Shown here: positions 46,782-57,624 of the stretch, piece by piece
Layout of the letters: every line of letters starts with the position of its first letter
How positions within the stretch are numbered: position 1 is the stretch's first letter
Source of the DNA: a virus
Lineage: Duplodnaviria; Caudoviricetes
Direction: 5' to 3' (one strand)
Length of the DNA: 64,000 nucleotides
Virus record (IMG/VR): IMGVR_UViG_3300038299_000353
Span: 1 to 64,000 of that record
Program-made: the position numbers and the translations under genes
The notes under the pieces: model-generated
The model's database searches: none
What the model was told of the DNA's origin: nothing
The model's input: only the letters and a program-made list of their open reading frames with translations

Positions 46782-49700
46782 ATGTCATTCTCAATTGGAA
46801 CCCAGTCAGGAAACTTTTCTTATCAAGCCTTTGTACGGCCTCAAAGGGACGATCATATTTCATTTGGGTTTTCATTTATAAATACTGGAGATGGCTCTAT
46901 TGAAGATAGGATTGTTTTTAGTGGCGAAAGCGGAAAGCTTTATGATTCTGATAATAACTTTTTCTACTCTTACAAGAATCAAGATACTTTCTCCGTTTCT
47001 GGGAATAAAATTGGGAATTATAATAATTATTTCGTTAATAATGTACTTATAAATTCTTACCATGAAAATGGCACTGGCTACATAAATAACTTTACTGAAA
47101 ATGGAGTAGTTTCGGAACTTAGTTTAATGGGAGTAGAGCCAGTAATTAGTATTAGTGGAATATTCGAAAATAGTAATTTAACTGGAAGTTTAAAGGTTAG
47201 CAATAATTCTAGTGAGGGAATATCATTTAATATATTTTCTGGAAGATTTGAAGAATTATCTAACTTTTTCAATTTCAATACTGGACAAAATACTGGAATA
47301 ATAGAGGGTCAATCTAGTAGAGACTTTTTAATTAATCAAATTTCAAATGTTACTACTGGAACTGGAGTACTGATACCAATATCTTTTGTTTCAGACTTTG
47401 GAACTTTTACAAAAAGCGGCTTAATTAGTTTTACGAGGGAATACGAATACTTATTGAGTTTATTGGGACCAGACTTTTTGGATTCTACTGGAATATTTAA
47501 TTATAATGTTTTATTTTCTGAAAGATACGGTCCAAATCTTACAGATGATCCATTCGGACTTCATTTTACATTTGGTAATATTAGTGGCTATAGTGGTTAT
47601 GCTGACTATGATATTAAAACTGGTAAAATAGCTGGGTCAATTCCAGGATTTGATATTTCTAGAAATATAATAGGCACTGGTAATTTAACTGGAATGATTG
47701 AGTCCAGCTTGGGCGGCGGGTATTTAACACTCTCTGGCTATAGCACTGGTCTTGAAATTAATTATACTGGCAATATACCATCTCAGATTTATACTGGAGA
47801 AACAGTATTTGCTACTGGAGAAATGTCGTATCCCTTTTTAACGTCCTCTAGTGGGATTGTAACTGGATTAGATATTGGATTCATAAGGAATGTTAGTGGA
47901 GGATATAACTTCACTGAAACTGGCGCTATTGCATTCACTGGTCAACAATCTCTATTTCCAAGTTTTACGACTGGAATCATACTTAGTGGAAATAATACTG
48001 ACGGAGATCCGATAGTAACATCGAAAAATGACTCTCTTTGCTTTTCCTTCGACATTCAGTCGTTTACCGCTACATCAAATCAAACAAGAAATAAGGAATA
48101 TGCCAGTAGATTTAGCGGATTTGCAACTGGCGCATTTGATGGGATTGCGTATTACCCAGGAGATCAGGCTGGCTTAGATATAACCACTACTATTAGTGGA
48201 TTTAAGGTTTCTGGAACTCCAGGGGCATTCATAGCGACTGGAACTGGGGTTTTTGACCTCATTGGAACCTTTCCGATGGACACTAAAGATTCCCAAGGAA
48301 ATTTTGTTAATAATGGCTGGACGATAGATCTATCTGACCGAATTTTAACTGGACTAGCAACTGGCTTATTACCAGAAGATCCAAATCTTACTGGATTGGT
48401 CGCACTTGGTACTGGAGTAACTGGCGCTGGATCTAATCAAACTTCTAATGTTTATTATTCTAATATATTTAGCGGGTTTTCGAGTGGACTTTTTGATGGA
48501 CAAATGAGAATTCCTGCTGACCAAATTGGTTTAATTGGAACAAATATTATTAGCGGATTTAAGTTTTCTGGAACTCCAGGGGCATTCATAGCGACTGGAA
48601 CTGGGGCTTTTGATATTACTGGAATCAATAGAATTGATATGAAGTATCCAATACCCGATTACAGTTTGTATGTTAGTACAGAGCTTACTGGACTTGCAAC
48701 TGGAATTTTGACGGAAGATCCAAATTTAACTGGAGCTATATTTAGTGGAATTGGAATAACTGGAATCGAATCTGTATTTACTACTGGAGTTTTGACGGGT
48801 AGCGGAATAATTACTGGGCAAGCTTCTACATTAGCAAGTGGATTTACTGGAATAGATTTTACTTATAATTACATTGCAAAAGGTAATCTTGTGAGTGGAA
48901 TGACTAATGAAATTACTAATGAAGTTACGGGCAAAAGATATGTTGCTACTGATTTGCCAATGCTAGGAAATTATGATTATTTGTTCCGATCTATTCGATT
49001 AGGCTTAGCTTTCAGCGAGAACTTTACTGTTCAAGCACAAGACATTTCTTCTGGATATGTTGATTTTACTGGTCAGTTTCAGTATTCAGGAACTGGCGCA
49101 TATGTGCATCCTCAAGAAATTACTGGTATAGGATATACTGGACTTGGCCTCATAGGCTCAATTTCTGAACCAGTAAAAGATATAATTTTCAATGGGGAAA
49201 GTGGGGTAACTGGTCGATCTCTAACAAACACTGGAGCGCTTATTGACGATAGCATTTCTTTGAATGGAAATTCCTACGGAATCCCCGTTTCCAGCGTTTA
49301 TACAAGATATAATCCCTTTGTTTTTAGTGGGAACAGTGGAATACTTCTATATTCTGATCACACCAACGAAAAAGCCCCTATATTAACATTTTCTGATAAC
49401 GATGCAAGCAGGGGTTCATATATTCATAACCCAGTATGGCTCAATAGAAGATTGCTGAGTGGTACTTTCAATCTTGATCCGTCACCCATGAGAGTTGGCA
49501 TAAGTCCCAAGTACTTTTTATCTGGAACTGGAGTTTACAAAAGCCAAAAAAGTAGAAGCTACAGAATTACTATTTATACTGGGAATAACTTTGTGGATAT
49601 GGTCTATAAAGAAAGTGAAGTCTTAAGCCTTAATTCAAGTACTAATTTCAATCAGTATTTTAGATCTGAGTTTATATCCGAATACGATCCTTTTAATGTC

Positions 49701-52034
49701 TACTTTCTAATAACTTCAAACACCGAAGATTTGGAACCTAGTGGGTTTAATTATTTCTCTTTTGAGGACACCGACAACAGCAAGAATCCACCTCAGTTCG
49801 GCCCTCGTCAGTTTAATACGTTCTTCGATAGCTCTGGGCAGGGATTTCGCAGCTTTTTAACAAATTACTCTTCACCGACTGATGCTAGCGGATATCTACT
49901 ATCTGACGATCAAATATATCCAACTGGGTCTACATCTAATAGGATCGCCATCGCTCTTCCAAACACCATTAGCGTTACAAGTGGCTTGAATGTATTTCAA
50001 ACTGGGTTTAATATGACTGGATATGCTGAAAATGTCAGCGTTGAGGGTACTGGAATGTCTGGAGTTGGCGGTACTATTGAAGCAACTGGTGAAAATGCTG
50101 GATTTTTATATGCCCTTCAAGATAAAAATCTTTTTCCTAATACTTCATACCCCAATGAAATATTCACTCAAACGACTGGAAATTTTAATGGCGAGAAAAG
50201 TATAAATAATTTTGAGATTCCTACTGGAATTTTTGTAGCTAATGAGGTTGGCTTTTTAAGAAAAAGAGTAGACTCTACCAACGTAAAAATCGACGGTTAT
50301 ACATTTGATTTTTATGAGCGAATACAGCGACTAAGAATAGGCTCTTATCAAAGTAGTATTGAAGAGATTAGCGGTATCATGAAAGCATATTGTGATAGAA
50401 TTGGGTATAATGTATATTTTGGAACTGGCAAAATAGGATTTACTTCTTATCCCGAATTAACTTACCCAGTCGGAGGTGCATTAGGTCTTGGTCTTGGCAG
50501 TAGCTCAAGTACTGCTTATGCTCCTTGGAGTAAAGATAAGAAATATGCAGTCAGGCAAAGTGGAGGACTTTATACTTTAGTCGAAGGAGGGCGTGTAGAC
50601 GGTATGCCAACAGGGGGGTATCCTACCCAAGGATCAAATCTTCCATATTCAGGTATAATGTCTGGAAAAGTAGCTGCTGAAATTCCAATTACCTTTGCTA
50701 CTGGATATTCGTTTTTCAATTCTGGAGTTAGTGGAAATATTTATAGTACAGCTTTTACTGGCATGGAAAATACTACTTCCAAATACTTTATAAGTTCATT
50801 AAGTCAAGGAGATATTTATATAAATCCCTTTACTTCTAGCGGAATAATACCCTCTACTGGATTTGGAACTGGAATAGACCAAATTACGGTACTTGCTGGA
50901 CAGAAGTCTGGCGACTTTGTCCCGACCCTTTTAAATATGTTTCCTTTTTCTGGAACTGGAGTAAGGGCATTATCCAATAGCCCACCATTGGGTGGGGATA
51001 ATGACCTTTATGCGGATAACTATATATTTTCGGGCGTTCGTACTGGAATATCATTTGCTACTGGCGATGACAGTACTGGTTCTTTATATAGTATAGCTTA
51101 TACGGGAATCCAAACTGGGCCTGCTAGATGGTATATAGATAATTTAGACTTCAATGGCGATATTGTAGACCTAGATGCTACAGTCACTGGCTATGTGCCA
51201 ACCATAGCAAGTGGAACTGGAATAGACCCTATTACGATCCTTGCTGGACAGCAGTCTGGCGAATTCGACCAAGCCATTCTCAATATGCTTCCATTTAGTG
51301 GAGTGAATTTGCAGACATTAACCTATGACCAACCAGTAGGAGGGTTTGAGGATTCTTATGCAGATAATTTTATATATTCGGGAGTTAGAAAGGGAGTCAA
51401 CTTTGCAACTGGGATATTAACTGGATCGTTCGATTATACTGGGATATTAAACTTCACTCAAAGAAACTTACAAAAAACGGGAGTCAAGATTGGAATTGGA
51501 GTAATATCTGGAAACATTACTGGAATAGTATATCCAGGAAGCGGAGAGTTTAATTTCTCTGGAATTCAAACTGGACTGCCGCAGTTTATAAATTCAGTAG
51601 TACCAACAGGACAGGAGGTATTTTTACTATCTTCTGGAAATGTTCCTATAACTCCATTCACTGGAAACTTAAATAGCTCTTTTATTGGAACTGGATTTTA
51701 TACTGATTTTGTTAATCCTGCTGACTTAGAATCTTTGAGTTACGGCTTCCCTATTCCAAATTATATAAAGACTTTTACTGGAGAGTATGAAATTCTTACT
51801 GGTATTAACAATACTGGATTTGCTAAATGCACTGGTTTCTTTAATGTGCCTTCTATTAATCTAACTGGCTATTCAGGTTATGTTACTCTCACTGGAGATG
51901 ATGACTTAAATATCCAGATGGTAAAGAAGAAATACTTTGCTGATTCTGTAGATTTAAATATAATTAAATATAGTGGTATCGGTACTTTAGATACATCATA
52001 CGATAACACAGGATCTTTAACTTTTATAGGATAA
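46782..52034 (+). CDS. very large TG/SG-rich tail fibre or appendage protein
   Basis: 1750 aa; pervasive x(S/T)G motifs; internal duplications. Confidence 0.6.
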   Translation: MSFSIGTQSGNFSYQAFVRPQRDDHISFGFSFINTGDGSIEDRIVFSGESGKLYDSDNNFFYSYKNQDTFSVSGNKIGNYNNYFVNNVLINSYHENGTGYINNFTENGVVSELSLMGVEPVISISGIFENSNLTGSLKVSNNSSEGISFNIFSGRFEELSNFFNFNTGQNTGIIEGQSSRDFLINQISNVTTGTGVLIPISFVSDFGTFTKSGLISFTREYEYLLSLLGPDFLDSTGIFNYNVLFSERYGPNLTDDPFGLHFTFGNISGYSGYADYDIKTGKIAGSIPGFDISRNIIGTGNLTGMIESSLGGGYLTLSGYSTGLEINYTGNIPSQIYTGETVFATGEMSYPFLTSSSGIVTGLDIGFIRNVSGGYNFTETGAIAFTGQQSLFPSFTTGIILSGNNTDGDPIVTSKNDSLCFSFDIQSFTATSNQTRNKEYASRFSGFATGAFDGIAYYPGDQAGLDITTTISGFKVSGTPGAFIATGTGVFDLIGTFPMDTKDSQGNFVNNGWTIDLSDRILTGLATGLLPEDPNLTGLVALGTGVTGAGSNQTSNVYYSNIFSGFSSGLFDGQMRIPADQIGLIGTNIISGFKFSGTPGAFIATGTGAFDITGINRIDMKYPIPDYSLYVSTELTGLATGILTEDPNLTGAIFSGIGITGIESVFTTGVLTGSGIITGQASTLASGFTGIDFTYNYIAKGNLVSGMTNEITNEVTGKRYVATDLPMLGNYDYLFRSIRLGLAFSENFTVQAQDISSGYVDFTGQFQYSGTGAYVHPQEITGIGYTGLGLIGSISEPVKDIIFNGESGVTGRSLTNTGALIDDSISLNGNSYGIPVSSVYTRYNPFVFSGNSGILLYSDHTNEKAPILTFSDNDASRGSYIHNPVWLNRRLLSGTFNLDPSPMRVGISPKYFLSGTGVYKSQKSRSYRITIYTGNNFVDMVYKESEVLSLNSSTNFNQYFRSEFISEYDPFNVYFLITSNTEDLEPSGFNYFSFEDTDNSKNPPQFGPRQFNTFFDSSGQGFRSFLTNYSSPTDASGYLLSDDQIYPTGSTSNRIAIALPNTISVTSGLNVFQTGFNMTGYAENVSVEGTGMSGVGGTIEATGENAGFLYALQDKNLFPNTSYPNEIFTQTTGNFNGEKSINNFEIPTGIFVANEVGFLRKRVDSTNVKIDGYTFDFYERIQRLRIGSYQSSIEEISGIMKAYCDRIGYNVYFGTGKIGFTSYPELTYPVGGALGLGLGSSSSTAYAPWSKDKKYAVRQSGGLYTLVEGGRVDGMPTGGYPTQGSNLPYSGIMSGKVAAEIPITFATGYSFFNSGVSGNIYSTAFTGMENTTSKYFISSLSQGDIYINPFTSSGIIPSTGFGTGIDQITVLAGQKSGDFVPTLLNMFPFSGTGVRALSNSPPLGGDNDLYADNYIFSGVRTGISFATGDDSTGSLYSIAYTGIQTGPARWYIDNLDFNGDIVDLDATVTGYVPTIASGTGIDPITILAGQQSGEFDQAILNMLPFSGVNLQTLTYDQPVGGFEDSYADNFIYSGVRKGVNFATGILTGSFDYTGILNFTQRNLQKTGVKIGIGVISGNITGIVYPGSGEFNFSGIQTGLPQFINSVVPTGQEVFLLSSGNVPITPFTGNLNSSFIGTGFYTDFVNPADLESLSYGFPIPNYIKTFTGEYEILTGINNTGFAKCTGFFNVPSINLTGYSGYVTLTGDDDLNIQMVKKKYFADSVDLNIIKYSGIGTLDTSYDNTGSLTFIG

Positions 52035-52036
52035 TT

Positions 52037-52384
52037 ATGGCAATAAATAATACAAGTTTAGCAGCATCGTTTATAGAATACGACGTAGATGGAGAAAACC
52101 AAGATGGACATTTAAACTACTCGATTTCCCCATTAACATCTAGCGAAAAACCAACTCTTAGTATGGACGACGAGAAGAAGTTTAATACGTTTAGAATTCA
52201 AGCAGGTTCGGACAATGGATCAAAGATGTTTAATATAGACATGAATCTAGAAGATTTAAAAGCTGTTGCAGATGCGGCGGATAAGGATATAGAGATGAAA
52301 TTTAGAACATTGAAAGTATGCAATAATGGGTCAGAGGCTAACATAGTGGTCCTTTGCAGCCAAGCTTTTAGAGTAGACCCCTAG
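52037..52384 (+). CDS. hypothetical tail-associated protein
   Basis: ORF track. Confidence 0.55.
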   Translation: MAINNTSLAASFIEYDVDGENQDGHLNYSISPLTSSEKPTLSMDDEKKFNTFRIQAGSDNGSKMFNIDMNLEDLKAVADAADKDIEMKFRTLKVCNNGSEANIVVLCSQAFRVDP

Positions 52385-52392
52385 TATACAAT

Positions 52393-54642
52393 ATGGCTGA
52401 CGAAGACGTATACTTTAGAATTCGTGGAAACCCAATAGTCCTTGGGCAGTCCACTAACTCAGGTGGTGACAAATCTGAGAAAGAGGAAAAGTCTAGAACC
52501 GTTCGAGTAAATGTTCTTATTGGAGACACTATGTCTTTTACTTTCGATACGCTTGATAGCGTTGCCAATAATGGACTTCAGGGAAATTTTCAATTAGATG
52601 CTGGTAGAAGTGGAATTGAATTTTACGACCAAGAGGAAGATCAAGTAATAAGCAGCTTTAAGCTTCCAAAGGAGCCTACTGAACAAGATGCAGAAGGTAA
52701 TAGTACTAGGTATTTTGAAAATAAAACTCTCTTGGTAAGAGCAGTAGAAGGTTTAGATCTTGATGGCGCAGTAACGGTAACGGTTCAATTTAACGGAACT
52801 GTAGAAACTCTTAACTCTGGGTTTGATTTTTATACTCTTGATGAGTGTTGCGATTGCGCTCTTCTTCCGAGTATAGATTCTAGAGGTTGCACCGTTTATT
52901 GCGAATGTCCGAAACCTGCTGAATGTGACGACGACGTAGAATGCGATTGCAATAGTATTTGTGATTCATCTGCCCCTATATGGCAAAATGACGCTTATAC
53001 AAATGGAGAAGGGGAGTGTACCCAAGGCTGTGAAGATAATAGCGATTGCTGTACGGATGACGAAAATGATTTTAGGTGTGTAGAAGGAAAATGCGAAATA
53101 GCTACCGAATGCCCATGCCCACCAGGGCAAAAATGTGTAGATCGAAAGTGTGAGGATGATCCTGATAATCCTAACCCTGACCCTGACCCTGACCCTGACC
53201 CTGACCCTGATCCTCCTGGTATTGGACAAGTATACATGATGGTTCAAAAGGTAAGGGTAGAGCTTAACAAGGTTAAATATGGTTGGGATCAAATCGGACA
53301 GGTTGCAGGTGAAGTTTTTTATAAGAACTTTACAGATCAGACTATCATGTTTAGGCGATACAGAACCATTGACGTTGATGAGGGTTGTGCAAATTTTGAG
53401 GGATATTGGTATAGTGAGTACGGAAGGGAGGATGGTGATAGAGGACCCTGTGGAATTAATAATAGTGATCCCGATGGAAACCCAGTAAATGGAGATGGAT
53501 CATTTGCCAGGGCATTTGTACAGCTTGAGGGTACTAATTATAGACCTCCAGATGAATTAATATACGACCAGGGTATTTTCGATACTCCTTATAGGAGCGC
53601 CCGTTTAAAGACTATTATAAGAGGCGCGACTCTCCAGTCTTCATTTGACACTTATAAGGGCTTTCCAAAAAATGGAGTTTTAAAAACAGTAACTTTTAAT
53701 GAAGATGGGTCTAGATCGACTGACGTTAAAAGAGGGGAAAATGTAAATTCTGACGCAGGCTCTAGCTTTGCGACAAATGGTTTTGAGGAGAAGATTCAAT
53801 ACTATTTTGTAAAGGCTATAGAAACTAGTACTTCTAGTTCATCGAGTTTTGTGACAGCAGACGAAAGGGGTGACGATCTTAGTATTAGTCAAACCACTTC
53901 CACTGACCAAATCACTATATCTGAAAAAGATACTTATGTAGATGGAAGAACTTCAAATGAAAATTTTGTTGGTACTACGCCCTCTCAGACAACTATACCT
54001 TGGTCTAGCGTACCCTATGATACTAGAATTGTAAATGTAGACGGAGTGAGTCCTAATGGAACTATATATCCTATTCAACTTCAACAGAAGATAGTCGTGA
54101 CTGATGTGTATACAACTAGTTTGTATGATGAAGCAACCGACGTATACATAAGTGGTCCTGGCAGCATAGCAACATTCGAGACGCCTGATGCTATATTTGA
54201 CCAGAACCCAGATGATGTAGCAGGTTACTGTGAGACTTGGGAAGACTGCAATACAGGTCAGGACTGTAGAAATAATAAGTGCGTTACAACTTTAACGCAA
54301 CCATGTAATAACAATTCCGATTGCCCAGAAGGGCAGAGTTGCGATAGCGGAAAATGTAGGGGATCGCTTGACGTAGACTGTGACGATCCTTCGGACTGCC
54401 CTACAGGGAGCCAATGCATAGATGGAAAATGCAATACGAATAATCCAGATGGTCCAGATGGTCCAGATGGTCCAGACGGTCCACCACCAGTCGAACCTCC
54501 TGTTGATCCTAATGATCCTGACGATCCTCGTAACTGTGACGGACCGTGTCCAAATGGACAGATATGTGTAGATGGTTCCTGTGTGGATGATTGCCCAGAA
54601 GCACAGCCACCATTACCAAATTCAGTAATAGTAATACAATGA
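52393..54642 (+). CDS. Cys-rich repeat protein with PD linkers
   Basis: CxxxxDCxxGxxCxxGxC units; (PD)n and (PDG)n runs. Confidence 0.7.
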   Translation: MADEDVYFRIRGNPIVLGQSTNSGGDKSEKEEKSRTVRVNVLIGDTMSFTFDTLDSVANNGLQGNFQLDAGRSGIEFYDQEEDQVISSFKLPKEPTEQDAEGNSTRYFENKTLLVRAVEGLDLDGAVTVTVQFNGTVETLNSGFDFYTLDECCDCALLPSIDSRGCTVYCECPKPAECDDDVECDCNSICDSSAPIWQNDAYTNGEGECTQGCEDNSDCCTDDENDFRCVEGKCEIATECPCPPGQKCVDRKCEDDPDNPNPDPDPDPDPDPDPPGIGQVYMMVQKVRVELNKVKYGWDQIGQVAGEVFYKNFTDQTIMFRRYRTIDVDEGCANFEGYWYSEYGREDGDRGPCGINNSDPDGNPVNGDGSFARAFVQLEGTNYRPPDELIYDQGIFDTPYRSARLKTIIRGATLQSSFDTYKGFPKNGVLKTVTFNEDGSRSTDVKRGENVNSDAGSSFATNGFEEKIQYYFVKAIETSTSSSSSFVTADERGDDLSISQTTSTDQITISEKDTYVDGRTSNENFVGTTPSQTTIPWSSVPYDTRIVNVDGVSPNGTIYPIQLQQKIVVTDVYTTSLYDEATDVYISGPGSIATFETPDAIFDQNPDDVAGYCETWEDCNTGQDCRNNKCVTTLTQPCNNNSDCPEGQSCDSGKCRGSLDVDCDDPSDCPTGSQCIDGKCNTNNPDGPDGPDGPDGPPPVEPPVDPNDPDDPRNCDGPCPNGQICVDGSCVDDCPEAQPPLPNSVIVIQ

Positions 54643-55001
54643 TTTGCGAAGAAAAAGAAACTATTTGTAATACCTGCCCGTTGAAAGCCAATAAAGTCTG
54701 CATCAAGTGGACTAAGGTTTGTGTGGGTATGAGGTGTCCAATAAATGCATTTGAGGATAAAAGTGCCATAGGAAGGCTAGTGAACTGGTCGATAAAACCC
54801 GTGCAGAAGATTGAAGTTGAGAAAGCTCCAGCGAATTTAGAAGATATATTCTTTGGAATAAAAAAAGGAAAACTTCCTGATAAGTACAAAGATTTGAAAA
54901 TATCATATCTTAACGATAAAAACAATTTGGGCAAAGGCTGCTCACAGTGCAAGCTTAACGGATTGATAAGCCAATACAAAAAAAAGATAGCAAGTATTTA
55001 G
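54639..55001 (+). CDS. small Cys-rich protein (start revised to MICEEK)
   Basis: ICNTCP...CP; GCSQC; ATGA overlap. Confidence 0.6.
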   Translation: MICEEKETICNTCPLKANKVCIKWTKVCVGMRCPINAFEDKSAIGRLVNWSIKPVQKIEVEKAPANLEDIFFGIKKGKLPDKYKDLKISYLNDKNNLGKGCSQCKLNGLISQYKKKIASI

Positions 55002-55016
55002 CTTGCTATCTTTTGG
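54982..55016. terminator. bidirectional terminator at the convergence point
   Basis: AAAAGATAGCAAG...CTTGCTATCTTTT. Confidence 0.8.
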
Positions 55017-55039
55017 TTATTTTTATATTTTTTTTAAAA

Positions 55040-55381
55040 TTATTGCATCAACTTTTTAAGTGTTGCAAATAACAATATTTGCAAGAAGTATATATAGGGC
55101 AAGTACATTGCACTGCCTCCTATAAGGGTGAGTACTACTGATATCCAAAAGCCTATGCAGATGGGACACATTAGTAATGAGGCAATACTGAAATCCGTCT
55201 TAAGAATCTTAAAATCAAACTTCATTGCTATAAACTCATTGATATTTGAGCTATCCAGATCTGTTTTAAATAAAGTATTAATAAAATGGATTTTAAAGTC
55301 GCTTAAAAACCAAATAGTAAGAACTAAGCATCCTGATATGGATAAGTAGACAATTAGGGGGAAATTACAAATAGTATTCAT
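55040..55381 (-). CDS. DUF1360-like membrane protein with CxxC
   Basis: LLMCPICIGFW. Confidence 0.6.
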   Translation of the reverse strand: MNTICNFPLIVYLSISGCLVLTIWFLSDFKIHFINTLFKTDLDSSNINEFIAMKFDFKILKTDFSIASLLMCPICIGFWISVVLTLIGGSAMYLPYIYFLQILLFATLKKLMQ

Positions 55382-55384
55382 ATT

Positions 55385-56086
55385 TTATTGATTTAGTCTT
55401 TTAATTTTAGAAATAAGCTCAGTTGCTTTTACCTTCTTTACGCTTTCCCAATCTCCATACTCAGCCCATTCGTCATATTCGCTTGGCTTAATCCAGGCTT
55501 CTTTTGGATGAGACTTAACTCTGTCCCTAAGAAACTGCTTGAATTCATCGAAGGATGTAATGGACAGCTTCTCCTTGGAGGCCTTTCTCAAGGTGAAGAT
55601 TGGGCCAGTAGGAGCGCCAATAGAAAGAGTCGATGTATCATTCTCTTTTGGAATCTCCCCAATTTCATCAGCTCCAAGCATCGAGATGTTGAAATATGCT
55701 TTTACGGCTCTGACAAAAGAACGATTTTCTGCAATAGGACCTAAGTAATATTTTGCAAAAGAATTTGTATTGCAATAGTGAGCATCACCAATTCCGCTAG
55801 TAACTTTTCCACTTGACCACTTGATCTTACAGCATAGTCCAGTGTAGGATTCATGAGATTGACCAATGGGTTCATAGTCAATTGACTCAAAGCCCTCTTC
55901 GTGCAAAATATCTTTGAAGAATTGCAGGAGAATGATTTTAAACTTTTCGTCAACAGACTCTAAAACTTCCTTTTCCTTTTTCTTGGAAATTTTTTCGCTG
56001 TCTATTTTACCATAGCTCTTGGCCATTTGTTTATTCAGAACCAAAAACTCTGGATTATCTTCTAAGTGTTTTTTCCAATCAATCAT
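55385..56086 (-). CDS. putative single-strand annealing protein (Rad52/ERF-like)
   Basis: GDA...AENRSFVRAVKAYFNI...DEI. Confidence 0.45.
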   Translation of the reverse strand: MIDWKKHLEDNPEFLVLNKQMAKSYGKIDSEKISKKKEKEVLESVDEKFKIILLQFFKDILHEEGFESIDYEPIGQSHESYTGLCCKIKWSSGKVTSGIGDAHYCNTNSFAKYYLGPIAENRSFVRAVKAYFNISMLGADEIGEIPKENDTSTLSIGAPTGPIFTLRKASKEKLSITSFDEFKQFLRDRVKSHPKEAWIKPSEYDEWAEYGDWESVKKVKATELISKIKRLNQ

Positions 56087-56087
56087 A

Positions 56088-56435
56088 TTAACTTTCTAAT
56101 AGTTTCTGCACTTCTTTTTTGCTAAGGAACCAAAAGTCATAAAAAATGCCAAAAGCCTCTTGGGTTATATCATCATCTTCAATAGATGAATCGAAATTTG
56201 ATGAGAAAGCAACAGTTGAGTTGAAAACATCTTCTGGCTCATCCTCGTCTTCATCAAAATCAAATTGAACGCCAACGTCCTCCATTTCAATAATTTTAAC
56301 TAAACATGGAAAATCTTCTGGGACATCCTCAGAAAAGAATACTTCTTTGTTATTTATTTGGCAATCTTCTGCCATCATAAGCTTCATATCTTCGAACTCC
56401 TCTTTACTTTTAACTACTGTGCTATTTTTAATCAT
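56088..56435 (-). CDS. acidic hypothetical protein
   Basis: ORF track; TTGACA near 56469 on the minus strand. Confidence 0.6.
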   Translation of the reverse strand: MIKNSTVVKSKEEFEDMKLMMAEDCQINNKEVFFSEDVPEDFPCLVKIIEMEDVGVQFDFDEDEDEPEDVFNSTVAFSSNFDSSIEDDDITQEAFGIFYDFWFLSKKEVQKLLES

Positions 56436-56457
56436 ATTTATATATTGTTTAGGATTG

Positions 56458-57624
56458 TTATTTTGTCAAGTTTTTTTTGATGATTCTAAAAAATTGTACT
56501 TCTTCCATGAAATCTTCATCCATCTCTTTAAATTTAACACAATTATCTTCTAGAGATTCAATGCTTTCATCGGCAATCATAGATTGTTTAGATGTAAAGA
56601 CCTTGCCGTTACTTAAAATGAACTTATTCGAAATGTAAAAGCAATCAGAATTAAGACCATCGATGCTAACTGAATCAATCTTCTTTAGGTGGACCTGGCC
56701 TATGTCTAAAAACATGAATCTTATTTTGTCTATATTTTCTACATCATCCGACCATAACTTACAATCTATACCAATATTCAAAAGACTTTTGACGTAATCT
56801 TTATTAGCATCAAGCGATACTTTGAAGTTGATATTTGAGACATTGTCTCTACAAATTTTGTACAACCTTATTTCGCTTTCTTTAGAAGTGATGATAGAAC
56901 ATTTGACCTTTTTCAATAAACTAAATAAAACATTATCATTGCATTCATAGTCGCATCTAATTGTTGGCTCAACGTTATTAAGGATATTTGCGTCTACGTC
57001 TAAATTCGGGACAATTTCTATTATTTGTTGCGGATAAAATTTACCAGTAAAGATAGTTTCTTCGTCGCTACTCTTTTTAATTCTAAGAGCTTCGTAGACT
57101 TTATTTACAATGTCCTCTACCTTTATCATGTTAATCGTCTTATCAGGCTCATTAGAAGCGAAGGAGGGGTTGTTCCCATTTCTATGCGAAGAGATCAAAT
57201 GCGTATTTTCAGATTTAAAATAAGGTCCATGATTCTCTGGAGTAGTTGGGCCATATACGGAGACTACGGGAGTTTCGTGAAGTCCAGACAAATGTACAGC
57301 AAAGGAATCATTACCCAAATGAAGGCTGCTGTTTCTTAGTATGTAATTGGTTTGATGCAAGCTAGTTTTGCCAATAAGGGATTTCACGAAAGGGATATTT
57401 AACCCCTCTGTTCCTATGTGCAATATTTCATATCCAGCATCATGCAGATCCTTTTTAATGTATTTTAATACATCAATCCAGTAATCATAATTCTTACTAC
57501 TCATCCCAGATGAGGTCTGTATAGTAATATACTTTTTAGGTGTTGGATAGAAGAATTCTAGCGGCTTGCATTTTCTGATTTTAAAGCCAGAATTTAAAGA
57601 GTAGGTTTTTAACAATGAGGGCAT
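56458..57624 (-). CDS. GT9 (heptosyltransferase-like) C-terminal domain protein
   Basis: LIGKTSL...HLGNDSFAVHLS...PVVSVYGPT. Confidence 0.8.
   Translation of the reverse strand: MPSLLKTYSLNSGFKIRKCKPLEFFYPTPKKYITIQTSSGMSSKNYDYWIDVLKYIKKDLHDAGYEILHIGTEGLNIPFVKSLIGKTSLHQTNYILRNSSLHLGNDSFAVHLSGLHETPVVSVYGPTTPENHGPYFKSENTHLISSHRNGNNPSFASNEPDKTINMIKVEDIVNKVYEALRIKKSSDEETIFTGKFYPQQIIEIVPNLDVDANILNNVEPTIRCDYECNDNVLFSLLKKVKCSIITSKESEIRLYKICRDNVSNINFKVSLDANKDYVKSLLNIGIDCKLWSDDVENIDKIRFMFLDIGQVHLKKIDSVSIDGLNSDCFYISNKFILSNGKVFTSKQSMIADESIESLEDNCVKFKEMDEDFMEEVQFFRIIKKNLTK

Noticed and set aside
53176-53211. (CCTGAC)n microsatellite as a phase-variation switch
   Set aside because: The 6-bp unit keeps the frame and encodes a PD linker
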